Assembly: GCA_965248265.1 (NCBI GenBank) | Contig: CBDFJF010000002.1 | Span: 192,001 to 256,000, forward strand | DNA from: Candidatus Latescibacterota bacterium | GTDB taxonomy: Bacteria > Latescibacterota > UBA2968 > UBA8231 | Direction: 5' to 3' | DNA: 64,000 nt | In this document: piece after piece, positions 22,514 through 31,900 of the stretch | How positions within the stretch are numbered: position 1 is the stretch's first letter | Layout: every line of letters starts with the position of its first letter | Notes under the pieces: generated by a model | The model's input: the letters and a program-made list of their open reading frames with translations, nothing else | What the model was told of the DNA's origin: nothing | The model's database searches: none | Position numbers and translations under genes: made by a program

Positions 22514-22679
22514 TTCTGCGGTGCCTAAGTTTCAGGCGCATTTTGGCGGCTTTCTTGAACAGAGTCGGGGGCCGTCAGGGACTGACAGCTGAACTCGAAG
22601 CGTTGAGACAGCGGGTCCGAGGCGGACGAGGGCGAAGTGGAGGTCGCCCGCGTCGAGGTCAAGCTCCGCGCCGGGATCG

Positions 22680-23560
22680 CTCCCGACAGATCGTGGACGT
22701 TGCCGCGGGTGGGCAGCAGACGGCCGTCCCTCTGGATCTCGTTGACGTATTTGGTTGACCACGGCGTTGCAGACACGCAGCAGGATGGACAGATCCAGCT
22801 GCGTGAGCAAGGCGCCCTGATCGAAGGCTTCGTGGACCGAGTCGCTTCTTGCGCAGGGAGACGGCGTTGAAGCCGTGATCGATGTCGTGATCGGTAACGA
22901 AGGAGAGGACGATCGGTTTCATCGGGGTGTTGGCGATATGGACCGGTACTTCTTGGGACGCTCCTGGGTGGGACGGCCATCCACACGATCTGACCATAGT
23001 GCAGATGGTGCAGGAGGAGACGATGCAGCCCCTTGCCTTTTGAGGCGTCGGCACTTCTTCAACTGGATCTGGGCTTTGGTCAGGGACTTGCTCATGGGAA
23101 TGGCCTCCCGGTACCGGCGCAAGGCGCCGCTTTTTTGCCGCTTCACCGGAAGACTGCGGCATCAGCTGCTGCTGGTGGAGACGTTCGTTATCCTGGCGGT
23201 CACAGGTCGTGTGGAACTCGAGGTATTCGCGCACCAGGCGGTCGGATTTCTGCGTGATGCGTCGAATCTGTTTCGGCGTGAATCCCTGGCGATGCAGGGA
23301 GGCGATCTGGATGAAGTCGGACAGGTAGCGTCGACCGCTGGTCTCGGAGTGGTTGGTCTGGCGCTCGATGTCGCTGAGGGAATAGTCCTTGAAGTAGAGG
23401 TCGAGGATGATCGTATTGTGAGACTGCCCCGGCCCCATGTCGTGCTTGCTGCCGCGAGTAAGGATGAACAAGCCCTAGCGGCGCAGATGGGGCCACGTCC
23501 CGATTGACCGTGGCCGGGCTCGTCGTCAGCAGCATGGCCAGGGCTTCGTTTTTTCGAATG
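22680..23560 (-). pseudogene. Two tandem decayed DUF1670-like genes
   Basis: RGSKHDMGPGQSH...IERQTNHSETSGRRYLSDF...LVREYL and DQGALLTQLDLSILL...LLPTRGNVHDL occur in several frames. Confidence 0.65.
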
Positions 23561-23696
23561 AGGGGAAATGTGAGGCAAAAGGACTTCCACCAGCGGGACC
23601 TCGGAGAACCATTCGTTGACGTCCGTAAGGCTCTGAAAATCAACGGATTACGCATGTCCGTACTAAGGGAGCGTGGATTGCGGGAAGGCTGCAAGC

Positions 23697-23755
23697 CCTC
23701 CACCATATTGAAAAAGGCGTGGCTCCCTGTTTTTTGGGGGTTGCGCCTTTTCTTG
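23697..23755 (+). other. att-like tmRNA 3' end remnant plus intrinsic terminator (unit 1)
   Basis: CCTCCACCA followed by TATTGAAAAAGGCGTGGCTCCC...GGGGGTTGCGCCTTTTCTTGTT. An IHF consensus AATCAACGGATTA lies at 23638-23650. Confidence 0.7.
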
Positions 23756-23769
23756 TTCTGGGCGCGTGG

Positions 23770-23985
23770 GCGGGCTCTGTGTCTGTGCCGGTCGGCCAGG
23801 CGTTCGGGCCCAGGAGCCCTGCGGGCTCCTGACGCCGCCAGCGCGGAGGGCCGACAGAGTCGGCATCCTGCTTCCACTGTCGGTTCGCGACTTCGTGTCG
23901 CGAACCCCTTCGGGGCAAAAACCCTCCGCGCTGGCGGCTTGCCCTACCGCAATGGCCGTCCGGCACAGACACAGAGACCGCTACG
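23770..23985. repeat. Nested palindromic REPIN/MITE-like element
   Basis: Outer IR CTCTGTGTCTGTGCCGG / CCGGCACAGACACAGAG, inner IR CGCCAGCGCGGAGGG / CCCTCCGCGCTGGCG, and central hairpin GGTTCGCGAC / GTCGCGAACC. Confidence 0.7.
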
Positions 23986-24120
23986 GCACAGAATCACTGT
24001 GGCGAAAACATGGACATACACATCGCCCATTTAGTGGCCCAAGAACGAGCAAAAATCGTCGAAAAGAGGTTTCACAAGACTTATACTGAGTAGAATGAAT
24101 CTCACTCAGGAGACTTTCTG

Positions 24121-27100
24121 ATGAAACGCCTACTACTTGTCGCGTCACTGCTCGCTGCTCTTCCTGCTCAGGCACAGGAGACGGTACCTAAGACGATCGC
24201 CTACATGGGCTACTTGACGGACGCCTCAGGGGACGTTGTCGATGATGGCGACCACACGATCACCTTTCGCCTTTATGAGCAGGCAGCAGGAGGTGTCGTG
24301 GTATGGGAGGCGAGCCGTACGGTGACGACGGGCGACGGGCTCTTCAGTGTGGTGCTGGGCGAGACTGTGTCTCTGGCTGAGGTGCCCTTTGACCGGCCCT
24401 ATTACCTGGGCATCTCGATCGGCGCTGGCGATGAGCTGGCCCCACGCATACCCCTGGTAGCCTCTGCCTACAGCCTTCATGCCAAGAGTGTCGAAGCGGG
24501 TGCCGTGGGTACGGAGCAGCTTGCCGATGACTCGGTGACCGGCGCCAAGGTAGCGGATGCCGCAGTAGGCACGGCGCAGTTAGCCGACGGCTCTGTGACC
24601 GCGGACAAGGTTGCGGATGCAGCGATCACGAGCGACGAGCTGGCAGCTGATGCGGTGACGGCAGTCAAGATCGCCTCGGGTGCCGTGGTCACGAGCGTGA
24701 ACAATGTCACCGGTGGGGTCACGGTCACGGGTGGCGACAACGTATCCGTGGCCACCAATGGCAGCATCGTGACTATTACGGCCACAGGCTCAGAGCTGGC
24801 CGATGATTCCGTGACCTCGGCCAAGATCGCCGCCGACGCGGTAACGGCGACACAAATCGCGGCTGATGCGGTGGGCAATTCCGAACTGGCAGATGTCGCT
24901 GTGTCCACCGCCAAGATCCAGGATGCCTCCGTGACTTCAACGAAACTGGCCACGGACACCGCGGTATTAAGCCTCAACGAGGCCACCAACGACGTAACAC
25001 TGGTCGAGGGTGCCAACATCGACATTGTTCGAGTTGGCCAGAACATCACGATCTCGACCACCGGCGGAAATGAAGTGGGCACCGGTGACATAGCGGACAA
25101 TTCGATCACGAGTGCGAAGATCATCGACAGCGCGATCGCGGAGGCGGATCTGGGTGCCGATGCCGTAACGAGTGCCAAGATCGCCGATGGCACCATCGCC
25201 GCTGCCGATCTGGCGACTAATTCAGTGGGTAGCGACGAAATCACGGCCGGTGCTGTCGGTGGTGCGGAGCTGGGTGCTGACGCCGTCACTTCGGCGAAGA
25301 TTGGTGATGGCACCATACTGGCTGCCGACATCGCCGCTGCTCAGGTAGTCACCAGCGTCAACAACCTGGAAGACGCCGTTACGCTGGCGGCAGGATCTAA
25401 CATCGCCATTACCCCGACCGGCAATACCTTGACTATCGACGCCACGGCTGGGGGTGATATTACTGGGGTAACGGCGGGTACGGGCCTTGCCAATGGCGGC
25501 ACCACCGGTGATGTAACCCTCGATATTGCTGCAGGCGGAGTCGGTACCACGGAACTGGCCGCGGGTGCGGTGACCTCGGCCGAGATTGCCAATGCGACCA
25601 TTGTGGCCGGTGATGTGGCCGCAGGGGCCGTGGTCAAGACCGTGAACAGCCTCACGGATGCCGTGACCTTGGCTGCCGGTACCAACATGGCCATCGCACC
25701 TTCGGGCAACACGCTGACCTTTAACGCTACTGACACGGATACTGATACCGACACCCAGAACACGCTTGACCAGGCATACGACGAGCCCACTGCGGGAGCT
25801 GGCCGTACCATCACAGCGGACAACGGGGCGGTTGATATCGCCGGAGCGGGAGGGTTGACGGTGAATGGCAACGTCGGTATTGGAACGACGAGTCCAACCG
25901 CAAAGGTCCACATTACCAATGGGAGCCTCCTCCTTAACGGTACGACGGGAGCGATTCCGGCCACCGGAGCGGGCACTCGGTTGATGTGGTATCCCGCGAA
26001 GGCAGCGTTCAGAGCTGGATCCGTCACTGGCACACACTGGGATGATGGAAGCGTCGGCCTCAATTCCACCGTCGGCGGTGGCTCGAACAACCAGGCTGGA
26101 GGGGCCGATGCCACGATCGGCGGTGGCAACACCAACAACGTAAGCGGCGCCCAGGCGACCATCGGTGGTGGTATTTCCAACATAGCCAGCGGCAATCAGT
26201 CCACCGTCGGCGGTGGAAACACGAACACGGCGAGCGCCGTAAACGCAGCCGTCGGTGGCGGCGCGAGCAACCAGGCCACTGCCACAAACGCCACTGTTGC
26301 CGGTGGCGGCGCAAACATCGCCAGCGCTATCAACGCCACCGTCGCTGGGGGTAACGTGAATACGGTAAGTGGTGATTACGGCTTCATCGGCAGCGGCAAC
26401 TCGAACAATGTTACCGACCACTTCGGTACGATCGGCGGTGGCTCGAGTAACCAGGCAGGCGACAATGCAGGCACGACAGCCGATGCAACCAATGCAACCG
26501 TTGGCGGCGGAATCTCGAACACCGCGACTGCAACCTACGCGACCGTCGGTGGCGGCTTGACCAATGCTGCCACCCTGAGCGCCGCCACAGTCTCTGGAGG
26601 CGCCAACAACACGGCCGCAGGCAACCAGGGGGTCATCGGCGGTGGTTCCGGCAACGATGTCACCGATGACTACGGCACCATCGGAGGTGGACAGAATAAC
26701 CAGGCCGGCGACAATGCCGGCGTCGTGACCGATCGACAGTATGCGACCGTTGGTGGTGGCGTGTCGAACACCGCGAGTGGAGCCCAGTCGACGATCGGAG
26801 GAGGGACGACGAACACGGCAAACGCCCAGAACGCCACCGTCGGAGGTGGAACGGGCAACACGGCCAGTGGCGTGAACTCTACCCTTGCAGGGGGAGCCTT
26901 AAACAATGCCATAGCCGATAACTCGGCTATTGGTGGTGGCAGTACTAACACGGCAAGCAACACCTACGCGGTTGTCGCCGGTGGATTGTCAAATACAGCC
27001 AGCGGAGACCGTGCAACGGTTGGTGGCGGCGATGCCAATACTGCCACTGGGTTGCGAGCAACAGTAGCCGGAGGGACTTCCAACAGTGCCAGCAATGCCC

Positions 27101-28224
27101 TCGCAAGTGTCAGCGGGGGGCAAGGCAATGTCGCCAGCGGCAACACCTCCACTATTAGCGGAGGCCTCACCAACATTGCCACCGACGATTACTGCGTAGT
27201 CGCAGGTGGCTGGGTCAACCAGGCCGGCGACAATGCGGGGACGACGGGTGATGAGCCTTACGCAACAGTCGGTGGGGGCAGCGGGAACACTGCAGGAGTT
27301 GACTACGCAACCGTCGGAGGCGGCAACGGGAACAGCGTTACCGGCTCCTTCGGTTCTATCAGTGGCGGTCAGACCAACACTGCCAGTGGCACGCATGCTA
27401 CCGTGGGTGGTGGATTCGGAAACACTGCAAGTGCACCCTACAGCATCGTAGGCGGCGGCAACACAAATACAGCAACCCTATCCTACGCGACCGTCGGCGG
27501 CGGCCTGAATAACGACGCTACTCACAACTATGCGACTGTTGCGGGTGGAGGTAACAACGACGCCAGCGAACAGTATTGCGCCATCGGAGGCGGCATCAAC
27601 AACGTTGCTAGCGCGCTCTATTCCACGGTGTCTGGAGGGCACACCAACACCGCCTCTGGCCAATATTCCATGGTGCCTGGAGGGCACATCAACAGCGCCA
27701 CCGCCACGTTCAGTTTCGCAGCTGGCAGGCGAGCGAAGGCCAATCACAGCGGTGCCTTTGTGTGGGGCGACGATACAGATGCAGATATTGCATCCGCTGC
27801 AGCCAATCAGTTCATCGCGCGTTCGGTTGGGGGTGCAACTTTTTACACCAACACAGGCTTGACGACGGGCGTCACCGTTGGTGCGGGTGGTGGTTCGTGG
27901 TCCAGTGTCAGCGACCGAAACGTCAAAGAGAATTTTGCCCCCGTCGACAAGCGCGAGGTGCTCGAAAAGCTGGCGTCAATACCGATTGAGACCTGGAACT
28001 ACAAGAGTCAGGAGGATGCAATCCGACACATGGGTCCGATGGCGCAGGATCTGCATTCGGCGTTCGGCGTTGGTGAGGACGAACGACATATCACCGCAGT
28101 TGACGCCGACGGCATTGCCATGGCGGCAATCCAGGGTCTGTATGAGATCGTGCAACAAAAGGATACCCGGATCGTTGCTCTTGAGGCACGGCTGTATGCT
28201 TTGGAGGCCAAGCTGGCAGAGTGA
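24121..28224 (+). CDS. Secreted tail-fibre/adhesin-like protein 1 with C-terminal peptidase S74 (intramolecular chaperone) domain
   Basis: Signal peptide; VPKTIAYMGYLTD domain; ADDSVTSAKIA repeats; long GGxxNxAxGxxATV beta-helix repeats; SDRNVKENF...HMGPMAQD; coiled coil. Confidence 0.88.
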   Translation: MKRLLLVASLLAALPAQAQETVPKTIAYMGYLTDASGDVVDDGDHTITFRLYEQAAGGVVVWEASRTVTTGDGLFSVVLGETVSLAEVPFDRPYYLGISIGAGDELAPRIPLVASAYSLHAKSVEAGAVGTEQLADDSVTGAKVADAAVGTAQLADGSVTADKVADAAITSDELAADAVTAVKIASGAVVTSVNNVTGGVTVTGGDNVSVATNGSIVTITATGSELADDSVTSAKIAADAVTATQIAADAVGNSELADVAVSTAKIQDASVTSTKLATDTAVLSLNEATNDVTLVEGANIDIVRVGQNITISTTGGNEVGTGDIADNSITSAKIIDSAIAEADLGADAVTSAKIADGTIAAADLATNSVGSDEITAGAVGGAELGADAVTSAKIGDGTILAADIAAAQVVTSVNNLEDAVTLAAGSNIAITPTGNTLTIDATAGGDITGVTAGTGLANGGTTGDVTLDIAAGGVGTTELAAGAVTSAEIANATIVAGDVAAGAVVKTVNSLTDAVTLAAGTNMAIAPSGNTLTFNATDTDTDTDTQNTLDQAYDEPTAGAGRTITADNGAVDIAGAGGLTVNGNVGIGTTSPTAKVHITNGSLLLNGTTGAIPATGAGTRLMWYPAKAAFRAGSVTGTHWDDGSVGLNSTVGGGSNNQAGGADATIGGGNTNNVSGAQATIGGGISNIASGNQSTVGGGNTNTASAVNAAVGGGASNQATATNATVAGGGANIASAINATVAGGNVNTVSGDYGFIGSGNSNNVTDHFGTIGGGSSNQAGDNAGTTADATNATVGGGISNTATATYATVGGGLTNAATLSAATVSGGANNTAAGNQGVIGGGSGNDVTDDYGTIGGGQNNQAGDNAGVVTDRQYATVGGGVSNTASGAQSTIGGGTTNTANAQNATVGGGTGNTASGVNSTLAGGALNNAIADNSAIGGGSTNTASNTYAVVAGGLSNTASGDRATVGGGDANTATGLRATVAGGTSNSASNALASVSGGQGNVASGNTSTISGGLTNIATDDYCVVAGGWVNQAGDNAGTTGDEPYATVGGGSGNTAGVDYATVGGGNGNSVTGSFGSISGGQTNTASGTHATVGGGFGNTASAPYSIVGGGNTNTATLSYATVGGGLNNDATHNYATVAGGGNNDASEQYCAIGGGINNVASALYSTVSGGHTNTASGQYSMVPGGHINSATATFSFAAGRRAKANHSGAFVWGDDTDADIASAAANQFIARSVGGATFYTNTGLTTGVTVGAGGGSWSSVSDRNVKENFAPVDKREVLEKLASIPIETWNYKSQEDAIRHMGPMAQDLHSAFGVGEDERHITAVDADGIAMAAIQGLYEIVQQKDTRIVALEARLYALEAKLAE

Positions 28225-28497
28225 AGTGCGACCTGGAGGCGCTAACAGCCGTCGTACGCAGGCTGGAAGCGATGGCGGCTGTGGAGACGGAAGTAGAGCT
28301 GGCGGCGAGATGAGGGTTTTGAGGAACAAGGACTGCGGCGCTCTTGTCCTGCTATCGCAACTCCTTGACCGATAGTTGGTGCACCGCCTCATGGGAGGTG
28401 AACCCGATCCGCCAATCCGTTGATGGGGAGGGATCAACACAGCGCCCATGGACGCGCCGTCTGCATTCTTTGCCCCAAACCCTCGTTGCGGAGACTA

Positions 28498-28764
28498 CTA
28501 CCCTTGCCGTACGAGAGCCGCAATCCGGTCCTTCACCTTTTCGGGCAGGCTGTCCCAAGCAGAGACGACGACCGCCAGATCGTCCGGCAGATTCTGTTGC
28601 ACGTATGTTGCACACTTTGGGTGCTCAGATATGTCCTGATTCTGTATTGAAAGTGCGTTCTTCTGCTTGCCACCTCTACTGGCCGATTGTTCTAACGCAC
28701 TGATCTGTTTGGTTTTCGCACTGTTTTGTGAAGGTTCTGTTGTTTCAGAAACTACTTCGGTTTG
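28498..28764 (-). mobile_element. Integrative-element end remnant
   Basis: ORF tail LPDDLAVVVSAWDSLPEKVKDRIAALV, a motif commonly seen at integrative-element ends. Arm-type direct repeat TGTTGCAC x2 at 28595-28613. Abuts the att core. Confidence 0.6.
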
Positions 28765-28842
28765 GGGTTCAACTCCCGCCGCCTCCACCATATTGAAAAG
28801 GGCGTGACTCTCTGAAATAGGGGGTTGCGCCTTTTTGTTCTG
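28765..28842 (+). other. tmRNA 3' end copy (att core) plus terminator (unit 2)
   Basis: GGGTTCAACTCCCGCCGCCTCCACCA (T-loop, acceptor stem and ACCA typical of ssrA) without the rest of the gene, followed by the same hairpin and T tract. Confidence 0.8.
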
Positions 28843-28985
28843 GGCCCGCTCTACGGGCAGATGATCGTGTCGAACATGGGCATACACATCGCCCATTTAG
28901 TGGCCCAAGAACGGCAAAAATCGTCGGAAAGAGGTTTCACAGGAGTTATACTGAGTAGAATGAATCTCACTCAGGAGACTTTCTG

Positions 28986-31900
28986 ATGAAACGCCTATTG
29001 CTACTCGCGTCATTATGGCTGGCTGCCCTTCCGACCGTACAGGCACAGGACACGGTACCTAAGACGATCGCTTACATGGGCTACCTGACCGACTCCTCTG
29101 GGGACGTTGTCGATGATGGCGACCACACGATCACCTTTCGCCTTTATGAGCAGGCAGCAGGGGGTGTCGTGGTATGGGAGGCGAGCCGTACGGTGACGAC
29201 GGGCGACGGGCTCTTCAGTGTGGTGCTGGGCGAGACTGTGTCTCTTGTTGAGGTGTCGTTTGACCGCCCCTACTACCTGGGTATCTCGATCGGGGCAGGT
29301 GATGAACTGGCTCCGCGCATACCCCTGGTAGCCTCTGCCTACAGCCTTCATGCCAAGAGTGTCGAAGCGGGTGCCGTGGGTACGGAGCAGCTTGCCGATG
29401 ACTCGGTGACCGGCGCCAAGGTCGCGGATGCTGCGGTAGGCACGGCGCAGTTAGCCGACGGCTCTGTGACCACGGACAAGGTTGCGGATGCAGCGATCAC
29501 GAGCGCCGAGCTGGCGGCTGACGCGGTGACGGCAGTCAAGATTGCTTCGGGTGCGGTGGTCACGAGCGTGAACAATGTCACCGATGGGGTCACGGTCACG
29601 GGTGGCGACAACGTATCCGTGGCCACCAATGGCAGCATCGTGACTATTACGGCCACAGGCTCAGAGCTGGCCGATGATTCCGTGACCTCGGCCAAGATCG
29701 CCGCCGACGCGGTAACGGCGGCACAAATCGCTGCTGATGCGGTGGGTAGTTCTGAATTGGCAGATGACGCCGTGTCCACTGCGACGATACAGGACGCGGC
29801 GGTGACGGCTGCCAAGGTAGCCGCTGGGACGGCCGTGTTGAGCCTGAACGAAGTCACCGACGCTATTACCCTGGTTGAAGGTGCCAACATCGAGATTATT
29901 GAAGTTGGACAGAACATCACGATTGGCACTACCGGTGGGAACGAAGTCGGTACCGGCGACATAGCGGATAACTCGATCACAAGTGCCAAGATCATTGACA
30001 GCGCCATCGCGGAGGCCGATCTGGCAACCGATGCGGTGACGAGCGCGAAGATCGTCGATGGGACTATCGTGGCCGCTGACATCGCCGGTGGAGCCGTGGT
30101 CAGCAGCGTTAACACCCTTACAGATGCGGTCACATTGGCGGCGGGTACGAACATCGCCATCAATCCCGTGGGAAATACTCTGACTATCGATGCCACTGCT
30201 GGGGGCGACATTACCGGTGTAACTGCGGGTACTGGCCTTACTGGCGGGGGCACGACAGGCGATGTCACCGTTGATATCGATGCAGGCGGGGTGGGTACCA
30301 CCGAATTGGCGGCCGACGCGGTTACCAGCGGGAAAATCGCCGACGCAACCATTGTCGCCGCTGACATCGCCACAGGCGCTGTAGCCACCGATGAAATCCT
30401 GGACGCCACCATCGCCACAGCCGATCTGGCCAATGACGCGGTGACGAGTGCGAAGATCGCGGCCTCGACCATTATGGCCGCAGACATTGCCGCAGGTGCC
30501 GTGGTCAAGACGGTGAACGGGCTCACCGACGCCGTAGTCCTGGACGCGGGGACCAACATCACAATCACACCGGCTGGCAATACGCTGACTATTGACGCTG
30601 GCAGCGGTATGGAGAATACCCTTGACGAAGCCTACAACGAGGGTGGAGCGGGAGCCGGCCGGATCATCACGGCGGACAATGGTGCCGTCGATATCCAGGG
30701 CACAGACGGCCTGACCGTCAGCGGCAATGTCGGCATCGGCCAGACGAGCCCGACGGGGCGCCTCGAAGTCAAAGGCACGGGCAATACTTCGGGCACTTAC
30801 GCGTTCAATGCCAGCAATAGCGACGGCAACACTATCCTCCACATGCGCGACGATCAGAGAGTGGCGATCGGCTACACAGCACCATTAAATCGCTTTTCGT
30901 TGCTGGCATCGGCAGACAACACCATGGACTTCGCGTTGATCAAGCACGACGCCTCCGCTCAAATCGTCCGCATCGGCGAGCAGAGCGGCGACGGTGTCAT
31001 CGGCATCTACGATTCGGGGCTCAACTCCTTCAACCATTGGCTGGAGGGCAACGACGGCTCGCACTCGAGTCTGGCAGTGCTGACAAGCTCGCGGTTGGGC
31101 ATCGGAGTCGCTTCACCGGCGTCCAAGTTAGAGGTCGGAGGCGGCGCGGTGCTTTTCGACGGGACGGCGGGGACCACGCCGACCTCGGGAGCCGGAACGC
31201 GACTGATGTGGATTCCAGCCAAAGCCGCGTTCAGAGCGGGCGCGGTGACTGGCACTCAATGGGATGATGCCAGCATCGGCCTCAACACGACGGTCGCCGG
31301 AGGGAAGGACAACGTCGCCAGCAGCAGCTACGCAACTGTTGGCGGTGGCCAAGACAACCTCGCACAGACCAACACACACGCAACAGTTGGAGGTGGATTC
31401 AACAACAACGCAAGTGGGCAATACGGGATCGTGGCGGGGGGCCGAAACAACACTGCCAGCGGCTCGGACGCGGTTGTTGTCGGCGGCTCCTCCAATACGG
31501 CAAGTGCCGATCTCTCTGTGGTTGGAGGCGGCGCCACCAACACAGCAAGCGGAATCAAGGCGACTGTCGGCGGCGGACAAACAAACACCGTCACCGATGA
31601 CTACAGCGTCGTGGGCGGAGGCCAGAACAATCAGGCAGGCAATAATGCAGGCACGACAGCCGATAGGCAACATGCAACGGTCGCTGGCGGCGTCAGCAAT
31701 ACAGCAAGCGGCGTCGAGTCCACTGTTTCAGGCGGCACGACGAACGTCGCGAGTGGACCTCAGTCAACCGTTGGCGGCGGCGACAGCAACACGTCAAGCT
31801 CTACCTACACCACGGTTGCCGGTGGGCTGACGAATACTGCGGTCCTGACAGGTGCCACAGTTGGCGGCGGCAGCCTCAACGACGCCACGAACAACTGGGC

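Noticed and set aside
28765-28790. Complete tRNA or tmRNA gene
   Set aside because: Only the T-loop and 3' acceptor strand are present; there is no 5' half.
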